A stretch of 64,000 nt of DNA. Origin: Dudresnaya verticillata (lineage: Eukaryota). The first letter of the stretch is position 1, and the number at the start of each line of letters is the position of its first letter. The notes beneath the pieces are model-generated. The model worked only from the letters and a program-made list of their open reading frames with translations. It did not search any database and was not told the DNA's origin. The stretch covers positions 806,001 through 870,000 of the forward strand of contig OZ374562.1 of the NCBI GenBank assembly GCA_977862235.1. Direction: 5' to 3'. Below, piece after piece: positions 13,624 to 24,587 of the stretch. The translations under genes and the position numbers were made by a program.

Positions 13624-13899
13624 TAGCCCCCCCTCAAGAGCGGACCCCGCAGCTGATCTCCCTACGCCGTTCCACGGTGGCCTCACCGAAATGCCGGAGT
13701 CACCTCAAGTTTTCCCTGCGATCACGTCCCCGCCGTCTGTGACGCGACTCCCTTGTTGCGCGGCTCCCCGCGTTCCAAACCTTCACCTGCGCCAAACCAG
13801 GGTCTTCTGCACCTAAAAATCTCTCCGGCTCATCCCGCTTTTTGTGCTGACTTGCCAGCCTTGTGCGGCTCCCGGCTTACTTCCTCACCCCCGAGTGGG

Positions 13900-14723
13900 C
13901 ACACGTTTATCCCCGCACTGCCTTGCTGGCTCCGAAAATTGGCTGCCGCGGTTCCCGCGTTTTTCAAAACGTGACCTGCGCCGCGCCCGGCGCCTGTCGC
14001 AGCGAACTTCCTCTGGGCCACCCCTGTTCTAGGGCCTAAGCGCACTCGTCGCGCGGATATCTGCTCGGTTCCCCGCATCCGATTGCGTCGGAGTTTGCCT
14101 CTGCGCCAAGAACTTGGCTGGTTGTTCAACATCGCGGTAAACCGCTTCCATCTCTACCACTGCCACTCGCAGGTCCACCGCGCCTCATTGATATAAGTAA
14201 CCCGCCGCGATCGGCATCGGTACCGTGCGAAATCATAGGGCGTGCCTGGCACCTCTTCAGAGACATAGAGTCCACGCTTTTGTTCCCACTTCACAATTAG
14301 TAGTACCTTCGGCCAGCACGGCCAGCGGTAAACAATCCCGGGGGTGTGTGCTCATTTTTTGGTTTCCAACTGTAAGCCACCGTAAGCATTTCTGGTGGAC
14401 CCACGGGTCCCCCTTTTGGACTGAACGGGGCGTTCCTGAGTGGACCCTGGACCGGGTGGGCTATTGGCTGCCCCGCGTGGGCCTCAGCGCGCGCAGCGTA
14501 GATATTCCCGATGGCGATCTTGCTGGCAACTCCCGAGTCCTCTCCCACGGGCAGAGTCCAGGGCCCCGAAACCTCTGAAGCGGGTGTAAACCACAAGGAT
14601 GTATCCGTAGCCAGCCAAAACGGAGAAACCTCCGGTCAAGACCCCGATGTTGGACATCTTATGAGTGAAAGACAGCGAGAGTTGCTCCGAGAGTGTGATA
14701 GTCGGCATGTTTGCCGTACTTGA
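13900..14723 (+). pseudogene. Degenerate antisense accessory ORF of C
   Basis: Across frameshifts: AVPAFFKT..ATPVLG and SEFA/LRQELGWLFNIAVNRFHLYH, resembling KVPPVWR..VTYLG and TEWVANVAYAWLWEVYDTFRMYH; followed by Trp-rich ORF 14225-14578; boundaries approximate. Confidence 0.45.
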
Positions 14724-15000
14724 CTGCAAGGGCACAAGACCTGCTCCATACAACACGGGGGCGTCCCGAAAGGTAATGAAGCCTTAAACGTGGGTTTCCA
14801 CGATATCCCCCGGGCCGTTGACCAAAACAATGGGACCGCCCTACCCCGGGTCAAAATACGCGGCATGCCGCACAAAGTCACGCGTGTTACTGAGGCGTAC
14901 GGCGACCACACGCACGAACGCCCGACAGCGCTGTCACCAGCAAGAACCTTGAGTCACCGTGTTTACGTGCTTTTCCCGCGGTACTCAGCGTTTGTAACTG

Positions 15001-18000
15001 TCATCCGACCATCGCCTTGAGAAGCGAACTGGGTGTACCCAGATTTTCCCTTCGGCAGGAGCGCAGAACCTGACTGCGGGGTAAGTGCTCGATGGGTTCG
15101 AGTGCATTTTGCCAGCTGGGGTATCCGAACCACTTAACTTCAAAGAGGAGACTCTCGTTAACATATTTGTGGCTCGCCACTTTGTCTATAACAAATTTCG
15201 TCCGCGGGGTCCCCGCGGTAGGTAGAATGGCGGGAGGAGGAACTATTCCTTCGCGAGGATGACCCTCGGTATGGTACGACGTGCGCGTGGGTATCCCCAC
15301 TATGCGGCTGTCAAACGTCACGCGCCGTGGTGCGGTGGTGCCATCGGGCGTGTCATACGGGGGTGACCCCGGAATTGTTGCTCGTAGGCGTGCGCTGCGG
15401 GGCGTGGGCAAGAGGATGGGTTCGTCGGCAGGTCTGCCCTCGGCTAGCCGCTGCAGCCGCAACTCGAGTTTCCGCGTCCAGCGAGCTGTGGCTATCATCG
15501 GATTTATTTCCGCTTTCTTTGCAGTGCCTGCTGTTGGTGGCTTGGGCGCGACGAGTCGGGGCATCGTCGCTCGACGAAGTGTCTCGGGGGTTACTGGGGT
15601 CGACCTCGCGTGGATGCCAAAGGTCACCATGGACGATGTTGAGGCGCATAGCTTCGTTGGGACCCTTACACCCTGCCCGTGATTATCCACACCTCTAGCG
15701 ATATCACCGTGGACATCCACGCCCCCCAGCCCTCGCGGTCCAGGTCGTCTTGATAGACGGTCTGGATAGGGGCCCGGTTGGTGACCTAAATCTCCCTCGT
15801 TGCCAATTGGCATGACGTTAACGTCCCATGGGTGGTGACGCCGGTTGTTGAGGGCGCGTTTGTCCCGTGGGCGCCCACTTCTTCCCTTTCATGTCGGCCG
15901 CGTGGTGTACCCAGGGTGAACCCCGTTTCTGGCGTATAATCGATGCGGATCAGCTCCAACTCGTGGTCTCCCACGTTACCTGTCCGCAGTTGACCGAGTT
16001 TTAGTTCCCGCGTCGTTGACGGCGCCTTTGGTTGCGGCTTGGTGGCTTCGCGGTAGACCGCTTCGATAACTTGACTTTCCTCCCCTGTGAGTGGGCTTTG
16101 CCGCCTGCAGCTGGCGTGGTATGCTGCTTGGCGGCGTGGTAGCCAAGGTCGCTCTGGGTGATGTCCCCGGTTTGGCTTGTATCGCGGGTGGGGCGTTCCC
16201 CGAAGACGTCGGAGTCGGCTCCGCGGAGCGCTTAATTTGGCCACCCTCAAGTGGAGATGAGCGTGGTTTAGTCAGAACGGCTTTTACCGGCGGGGACCCC
16301 GCATGGGAGCTCCGCCGTCGAAATTCGATAAGACCGCTGCGTAGGCGAGGGCTCCGCCTCGTAGTTGCCTTGCGCCGTAGGTCGGTTCCCTATCGGCAGT
16401 GGTGGACTACTTGGCGCCGTCTCCGGCGCGGGAGATGCGGTAGTACGTAATCCAGACGGGATCCTAGTTATGACTCTCGCATACGGTTGGGCGTCACCAA
16501 TTCCAGATTCGCCCCGATGCGGCAGATCTGTCAATCCGCGCTCGAGTTTAATTGGCGCTGACTGCAGCGGTACACTTGGCGCTTGCACGGCGACTGTAGG
16601 ACTCGCTCCACTGTCTCCTGGCACAGGAAGTGCTTCCGCATCCGTTCCCTGCGGCCTTTCGTCATCGGTCGCGGCCGTGGGCTTGAGAGGAGGTGCTAAC
16701 ACCACCTGATCGCGGGCAGTCCGCTCCTGAGTGCCATTCCCCATGTCGAGAATGACGGTGTCGCCTTCGGCCTTCACGACCTGGTAAGGGTCCTCCCTAA
16801 CCGGTGTGAGTTTGTTTTTGGGGGCATCCCTTCCGTAGTACTCCTTCTTGACGAACACCTAAGAACTGTCGCTGATCACATCCGCGGGTATCCGCACTCT
16901 TGCATCAAAGCCGCGTTTGTATCGCGCCTGTGACTTGGTGAGTTCTTTTCCCGCGGTCTCCATCAACCCGCGTAGCCTTTCCTGCCACTCCTCGCGATAC
17001 TTCGCATTAGACGGGAAGCTTCCCAGCGAGGGCTCGGCCTCGATGTCTAATGGCGGCGGCGGGCGTGATAGAACGAGTTGATAGGGGGCTAGATTCGTCG
17101 CAGTGTGAACCTGCGTTTTGTAAGAGTACGTGAGCGCGTCACTGAACAAATCTTAATCACGCGGGTGGTCCGCGACGTAGTGCCGTAAGCTCGCTTGGAT
17201 AGTCCTATTGAATCTCTCGGCCTGCCCGTTGGTCTGGGGGTGATACGTAGTCGTAAACAGGTTCTTGACACCCAGTAGTCCACAGATAGCTCGAAACAGC
17301 TCGCAGTGAACTGCGGTCCATTTTCCGACAGTAATGTCTTCGGCATAGACAAAGACCCAATGGTTTACGAACGCTTTCGCGATCTCCATCGCAGATATCC
17401 TCTTGAGCGGTATAGTCCGCATGAGCTTCGAATAGCGGTCTACGATGGCCAGTAGGAATCGATTGCCGCGCTTGGACCGGATGAGTTCTCCAAGAAGGTC
17501 AATCGAAACCTGTTCAAACGGCGCTGTCGCCGGGAATAACCGTAGATACTTGGACACACGTCGTAGTTCGACTCGATTTCTCGCGCATGTGACGCAGTTC
17601 CAAACCATGGAGGGTAGCACAAACCGTGGAGAGCAGCACCTACCCCCCGTTAAGACGCGAACGCAAGTGAGTGTAGAACGCGGCTCCCAATTGGGCACGA
17701 AGTAGTTCTTCAGTAGATAACGGCCGAAGTAAGGCTTCGCCTTTTGTAGGGGGCGTTGTGACCAGTAACCCACGTCTGCGATTGCGCAGGAGGGTTGTAT
17801 TCAAAGCCACGCGTACTTCTTGCGAGGATCGTCCCCCGGCTTTACCGAATTCTTGGGCTGCCGGTAACGGTGTGTAGGACGGAGGGCGCTTCATCGGCCG
17901 TCGGGTTATCGGTACCCTTGTTCCGTGGTCGAGTTCGACTTCCTTAGTGCGAGGGTAGATGGCCTCGAGAAACCTGTCGCATAAATCGCAACCCAGGATA

Positions 18001-18341
18001 ACTGGGGCGACCAACCGTTCGCATACAATGAATTCGAGGTTAACGACGCGGGGACCGAGGCGGACAATGAGTTCGATTGTACTCAGCGTCAATATCGGCT
18101 TGTTGTTCTCGTCTGCGATCGTCTGTAGGGCCACGGAATTGATTTCGGAGTTCATGTCCGGTCGAAGTTCTGACTTCCGGATAAAGTTGGGTCCCGCGCC
18201 CGTGCCAAGGAAGCTCAACTTACGGGTGAGCAGGCCCATTCTTGCGCCGATCTCGGCGTATACCTTGAAGTTGCGCCTCACGAGCAGGCAGACTTCGTCG
18301 GTATCTCGATGCTGCCGCACCCTGTGCCATGTACGGCGCAA
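15001..18341 (-). pseudogene. pol: C pol remnant: protease fused to integrase and chromodomain, RT/RNase H missing
   Basis: FLGTGAGPNFI (PR); CVTCARNR, IDLLGEL..IVDRYSK, YHPQTNGQAERFN (INT); FVIDKV..FEVKWFGY (chromodomain). Confidence 0.9.
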
Positions 18342-18389
18342 GGGGGCAGGTCTCCGCGTTTTTCCGCGTCGAAGATGTCCGTTGGTGGG

Positions 18390-19233
18390 TCAGACATCTG
18401 CGGAGATATCCCCGGTAAGTGGCTGGGTTTCGCGCCCCGAATCCCGTCGGTCGACGAAGGATCGAGGGACGCTCCAACCGCGGGGCCAGGAACCCCGATT
18501 AGTTTCACTGGGCGCGGTTGACCGCGGTTTCCTCGCGACGTAGCACCTGAGTGCGCCCCTCGGCTGCTGTAGGACGGGGTTCGGCCCCCGCTTGACGACG
18601 TTGAATTGCGACGACTTCCACAGCTTGAGTATGCGAACCGCGGCGGGCTTGATGCGGTTCACGGCGGGCTTCTAGCCACACATTGAAATCCGCGCGTAGG
18701 GTGCGTAGGTCACCAGCGAAATTGGTTTCCATCGTACCGGCGCGGCCTGCCACGACTGCAGTACAAAGGGCGTTGACCTTGACAGTCAACCCGTCGTAAC
18801 CGACTTCCAGGAGCGTCACGCGCTCAGCCGCAATCGAGGACTGAGGCATTGATCGCCTCCTGTAGCGCCGCAATTTGGCGGGATAGTCTCGACGCGAGGT
18901 TTTGATCCTCGTTAATGTAAACGGCGCGGATCGCTACTCGCGGTAAGGTGGCCCCAGACTGGACGAATGCCGCAGTCGGGTCCGGGGTTGGAACGGTGGT
19001 AGACACCGGGTTTGGTGGATGGTCCGAAGGCATCTCTTCGTGCGAGGGTTCGCCCGACGGAGCGTTCTCCTGAACGACTTGTGTCGGCAACGAGGTATTT
19101 TCCTCGAGAGGTGCTTGTGACGGTCCAGCACCACTCGGCGCGCCGGCATCGACGGCCAAGTGAAGGGCACTACGCGCAGAAATCTGCGGAGGTTGAGTCG
19201 CGGAGGTCAACTCCGTTGGCGGCAGCGGAAAAG
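18390..19233 (-). pseudogene. gag: C gag remnant (continues at 32197-32490 after removing D)
   Basis: Joining across the AAAG duplication restores an open frame ..RRSDVDSVQPPPPFPLPPTELTSATQPP.. Confidence 0.6.
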
Positions 19234-19579
19234 AACACCGGTTTCCCGCGTTTCAGAATGTACTTTCAAAAACAGGCTGCAATAAAACCGTTCAAAAGTA
19301 CATGCGTTGGAAGGGGAGCGTCCCCTGAGCACGCTGGTGCAAACGGAGTAGAGCACTAAGTAGTAGTTCACGAGTTATGTTGGTTGGCGTGCTAACCCGG
19401 CAGTGAGTCTGAAATAATAAATTTTTGTGTAATTTCTGAGATTTTTATTTCAGATTTTAAGGTAACCTAGGCTACTTCCATGGGCCCCTCACCGCGCAGT
19501 ATACGCTGCCCCAACAGTGCAGAACTACTCGTCAGTTCAATGCCGCTCTCCCCATGACATGCAGAGTATTGCAGCACTG
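19234..19579 (+). repeat. Left TIR of D
   Basis: Reverse complement of 31820-32192 with scattered mismatches and small indels. Confidence 0.9.
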
Positions 19580-20260
19580 CCATGAATTCCCTTCCCGGAC
19601 TCACTCCGGTGCAACTTCGGGCATTCGTCAACCGGCAACTGCACGCTACCTCTCTAGTGCCATGCCCTCTCTGCTCTTCCCTAGGCTTCAGGACTTGCTA
19701 TGCGCAGTCGCACTCGCCCGCTACACTCTCCATCCTCACCGACACATCGGCTCGTTGTCCTCCGCTACAACCAAAAACCCCACCCAAGTATTGTAATCCC
19801 TGTTTCACCAACGTTACAGCATGTGCTGCATAGTGCGACGGCATTCATGTAGCGCTCTTCCCAGTGTATACCGTCCTCTCCGTCGACCTACTCCATGTAG
19901 TTTGGACTGGGCTCCGATACTGAATTTTGTCCCACATTGCAGTGAATTCGCCGTGGTCATATGTTAGACCTCGTTCCCCGCCCCGGACACCTCGTACTTC
20001 ACCCGTGCAGTTCCCTATACATGTAGCGAGCTGCAGCTCGCCAGACGCCCCGGTCAAAACCACAAACGCCCATTTCTAGCCGTGCACTTGAACCAACTTC
20101 GAAAGTGCACTCAAAGCCGTCTCCCGTAGTAGTCCACAACGCGATTCCTTACTTGGGCCCGTTCCCCTCTTCAAGCACCTCAGCATGATAAACATACACA
20201 ACCGCTCTCGTACTCACTTTATCTGTAACTAACACTCCTCAACTACCTTTACCCTAAACC

Positions 20261-21222
20261 TCAGTCCGCTGCAGACTCCGGGTCTTCTTCATCGACCTCC
20301 ACCGTCCACCACCCTAACAAAACCAGTATTCCCTCCAGCACCCCCTTCACCGCCTCCCCAACTGCGACAGCATCCGAAATCATGACCCGTGCCCGCCGCA
20401 CCAAGTCCAGACGAAGCCATATGGTGCCACTGGTATGACGCCTGGTTCGCACCCGAGCTTCTTCTAGCTCGGCGCGCAGTCTCCGCACCTCCAGCACCAA
20501 CGCTTCCGGTGCTTCCCCCCAACTCTCCATTTAAGTCGTCTCCACCAATCCTCAAACCGACACTGTACCACTCCCTTTTATAGACGGAACCGGGCACCAT
20601 TCTGGAGTTTAGTTGACCTCGTTTACACCAACTCTGCACATATTTTCCCTATTGCGACACCGTTGCAACGTCGGGAATCGTTAGCACGCAAACCGTTCTT
20701 GTTCCGTAGTTGTCATTCTTTTTGCGGACGCGGCGAATGCCAATCGATGGGAGTACCTGGTGGAGGAATGTTCACAATGTTCATCCTTGAGATTCTGCGC
20801 TTCTCTTCATGGCCTTTGAGAACTGCTGTCTCATTCTGTCGACGTTCTCGTGCTGACATGTTATCCATGTCTATAAGCAGAGGGTTGGGAGCCATCTCAC
20901 ACAGCTTCTGCATTCTTCTCTCCCTTGCATCCCTGAGGAAGTTACTCAATGCGAAATATTCCTCGCGCCCCGCCACATTGTATTGTCCTTCTTTCCCTAT
21001 TACATCCGTCATAAAACTATTGAAGACCGACCTGTCAAAGAGCTTGATGTCCAGAGTTTCTAGACCGATTATTTCCTTCCCTGCGCTGCTGAAGTATATC
21101 AATATACTCTTCAACCTTGCCACTCCGAACCGTTTCACGATGTCCTTCGCACACTCCCCGTCCTTGCACAAGTCGGATACATTCAGGGACTCCATTTTCT
21201 TGGCCCACTTCCACCACATCAA
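20261..21222 (-). pseudogene. Unknown cargo gene remnant(s) in D
   Basis: ORFs 20713-21222 (169 aa, globular-looking) and 20261-20530 (coiled-coil-like); no recognised domain. Confidence 0.35.
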
Positions 21223-21681
21223 ATGTTACGTCCTACAGCTCTGTCAAACATTGACGGTGTACAGTCGGGTTTCTGAGCTCCATTCTGTTCTTTTCGATAG
21301 TGCCATCCATGTGCCATGCACGATTCAAGTGCAATGGCATGCAGTCCTGAGTAACTGAGCGTGAGCCACTTCCGAGACTCGATGAGGGGTGCTTCTTGTT
21401 ACAGTAGTCATCTCAACATCACGGTGGCAGGCTGCGGTCTTCATTATTGCTTCGTGACGTAAACTGTCGTGAGAGATGTCTTACAGGATATATTGTTCCC
21501 GCTTCTCTCCACAAAGTACATGGGAGAGAGACCGAACTCATCACATGCACCTGGGATTCGGATTGCCCACGTATTACTTGGCACGCGTATTAGCACACGT
21601 TGTTTTTCTACCCAAATTTGATTGACGACAATCAGAATCTCCCGTCCACCACCGTTTCGGTTGCCCTCAAACTGTACGGTC

Positions 21682-22455
21682 TGTAGTATAGACGTCGGGT
21701 CGATCCGACGTCTGATACTTGCTGGTCCGAAGCCGCCACACAGACCCGTCGATGGGTAGCTGTTGGGGTTGGTAGAGCGGTGTCGGCCGCGTGCGCCCCG
21801 CAGGTGCGGATCGACGGCGTCGATGCCGGAGCGCGCACGGGGCGTACCGTAAGCGGGTAGGCAGCGGCCGGATCCCAGCGTCCCTGTCGAAGGGCGGCAC
21901 GAAGCCGACGGAAAGGAAAAGGAAAGGGGAAAGCCTAGCGAGGCAAGGGGAAAAGGGGAAACCGCCCGCTGGCGTAAGGCAAAGGGATCGAACCCGAAAA
22001 GGCTGGGGGCAAGCTTCAGCGCGAGCTGTTGCTTGCCCGGTTTACTGAGCCGTCGATGGCCGACGGTCTTAAATACCCTACACTATGTGCACTACGACTA
22101 CTTCTACAGTAGGTGCGCCCCACAACACCAACGCGGGAGGTGTGCGAGCGCGTGTCCATACACGTGTCGATACGTCCGGGTAACGGTTACCCGTGGGCGC
22201 GCGCGGGGCGTAACGGGCAGCGGCCCTCTCAACGGCTCGATGCCGGAGAGCGTCACAGGGGCGCGCCGTGTGCGGCACGGCGCGCGGCCGCTGCCGGCAG
22301 CAATGCGGTCGACCGCTACTAATTCAATGAAAAAACTAAGGGCACGCTGCCCAACCACGACTCGCCAGCGGGCGTCATCGTGTGCACCATTGCAGTGCGG
22401 CGCTGCCAGCATACCTTACAGCCGCTGCTGATAATGTGCTGACAGCTATACTACA
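21682..22455 (-). repeat. Solo LTR (774 bp) related to the A/B LTR type
   Basis: 10-bp terminal inverted repeat TGTAGTATAG...CTATACTACA; 5-bp TSD CGGTC at 21677-21681 and 22456-22460; shares the GCTTGCCCGG..TTTACTG motif and purine tract with the B LTR. Confidence 0.9.
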
Positions 22456-22707
22456 CGGTCGTCTCTAGGGCAGTAACATGACGTAAAGACACGTGTATTT
22501 ATTCCGTCGTTGAAAGAAAGCACACAGGATCTCCATGCGATATAGTGTGATGCCTGTATCCAAGGCGTAGACTATAGCGGTAGTCTGTGCGGTCAACGCG
22601 GGAAAGCTCACTTGCCACCTTGCACGCCCCTTCCGGGGTTTGACTAAGTTCTTGACTTCGCTCTACAATCCTTCACGGCCATCTAGGTAGTCACCTTCAA
22701 ATTCGGA

Positions 22708-23880
22708 ATGGGTATTGGGAAGCGAAAGTCGAGAAGAGGTGCTGGACCTAAACAGATTCCTCGATCGAAAAAGACCGCAAAAGATCTATTCGCCGACTTA
22801 ATAGATAGTTCCGTCAACACAAGAGTAGACCCTGCTTCCTGTATTCCATTGACGGCCATTTGTCCTATTGTTAGGTCTGGAGTGGAACGTTTGAAAGGAG
22901 AACATCTCGTTTCTCTTTACGGATTCAGCGCATTACCTGGATGTGAGTCCCGGAAGTATCCGTATAGTTTCACAGGGCAAGAGGAAGCACCGGAGACGTT
23001 GCGTGGGCTGGTGGGGTTCTTTGCATGGGATTTGCACAAGTTGGAATCGTCGTAGTACGATATTACCGTCAGAGTAACCTCCGAGATGCATATTGGGTAT
23101 AATCGCCTGGCACGAGCTTTTCAGAATCCTCCGTCTACAGCATTCATTCCAGATCGAGTGCGGCTTTGCTGCAATGGCCTTGCAATGTCTGGAATGTGGA
23201 CAACGACATGCCCTATGAACTCCTCACATGTACATCGCGACCGAATTCCGAGTCTTGACCCCACGACCATGTTGCGTGGAGTTCACACTCTTCGGGTTGA
23301 GGTTCTTGAGATGGGGTCGTTCATTGATGGCGCACGACTGCGCCTGGATGCCATATATAGTGATGTTTTCAACCGCGTGGGAAAGGTGGTTGTACAGGTG
23401 ATGAGTTTTTCCAGGCAGGCTCTAGACAGACTACGTTCAATTGAAGAAAGGTTGGGAATTGAATTCAGAGAAGAGGTGGAAATCGAGTTGGATTCAGATC
23501 CAGAATCACATTTGCCTACCCCTCCAGTTTGATCGCCATTGCACTGCACGCCGAAGTGCCCAGTGAGAACGGCCTAGAAGATAAATCAGAATGACGCGTC
23601 AAACACTCCAGGAGCTGAGAGGTGAGATTGACAAACTCCGTGTGCGGGTTTGACAACTGCAAACGAGAGCAAACTATCTCGATGAGCAACTTCGGGCCGT
23701 AGCACAAGCCGTGAGGGAGATTGTGTATGGTGAAGTCAGGCGAGCTGTGAACGCGCTGAGGAGCATTAGAAGGAGAGTCAGGGCCCTATTCAGGGGGATT
23801 ACCAGAATGTATGGTCCAGCACAGAACGAACAGAACCCCGGTTCGGATGGAGGGGGGGATACCGGAAATGTATAGCCATC
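22708..23880 (+). pseudogene. Unknown cargo gene remnants in D, including a paralogue of the transposase N-terminal motif and coiled-coil segments
   Basis: ORF 22708-23055 contains KYPYSFTGQEEAPETLRGLVGFFAWD; ORF 23086-23532 is helical/coiled-coil-like. Confidence 0.4.
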
Positions 23881-24245
23881 GGCAATCTTTAGAGTGGTCC
23901 TGTGCCTCGCGAGAAACTGAAATATGAACTGCGTTGTGTTGCATATTTCCATGTCGTCTCATGCTCGAACATCGCGACACGCGCCCGTATCCTTGCTTGA
24001 CGGTAATGCCGCAGAGGACGACTCCCTGCGCACAGCGCAGGGAATTTGGACTTGCCAGAGCGTTTCTGCTTCACATGGGAGCCGGCTCTAAACCAGGCGC
24101 GGGGTCAGCAACGATAGCCTCGGCGCGAACAGGAAGAACTGGCGGCAGTGTGGATGGTGCGCGGCATGGTGCGCGAGGTGCACGCACAAATCTGGCGACG
24201 AGGGCCGGCAGGTGGCGGACTGTGTACGACCGAGCCCCGGGAGCC

Positions 24246-24587
24246 CCGGATAGGTTTTCACAGCACGGCCTTGCAGAAACGTAAAGACTAATATCACTAT
24301 TGACGAATAGATTTCCACGGCGCGCGAGATCAAATATCTGTTTAATAGGTATTTCTACACTGAATCTGGAAATACCTACATAGTTATTTTCCAAATCACT
24401 TTCACAAAACCTATTGTAATAGGTTTTGCTGTCGGCGCGTCAGAAATACCTTTATAGGTATTTGTAAGCACGCAACCAGAACATCTATTAGAAAGGTTTT
24501 TGCGTCGCCGGGTCGAGAAAACCTGAAAACTAATATCGATATTGCCGGATAGATCCCGGCGGCTCGCATTCTCAGAAACCTATCCGG
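24246..24587. repeat. AT-rich island of palindromic ATAGGT/ACCTAT motifs bounded by a 12-bp inverted repeat (MITE-like or binding-site array)
   Basis: CCGGATAGGTTT...AAACCTATCCGG; internal AAAACCTATTGTAATAGGTTTT and AAATACCTTTATAGGTATTT. Confidence 0.55.
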
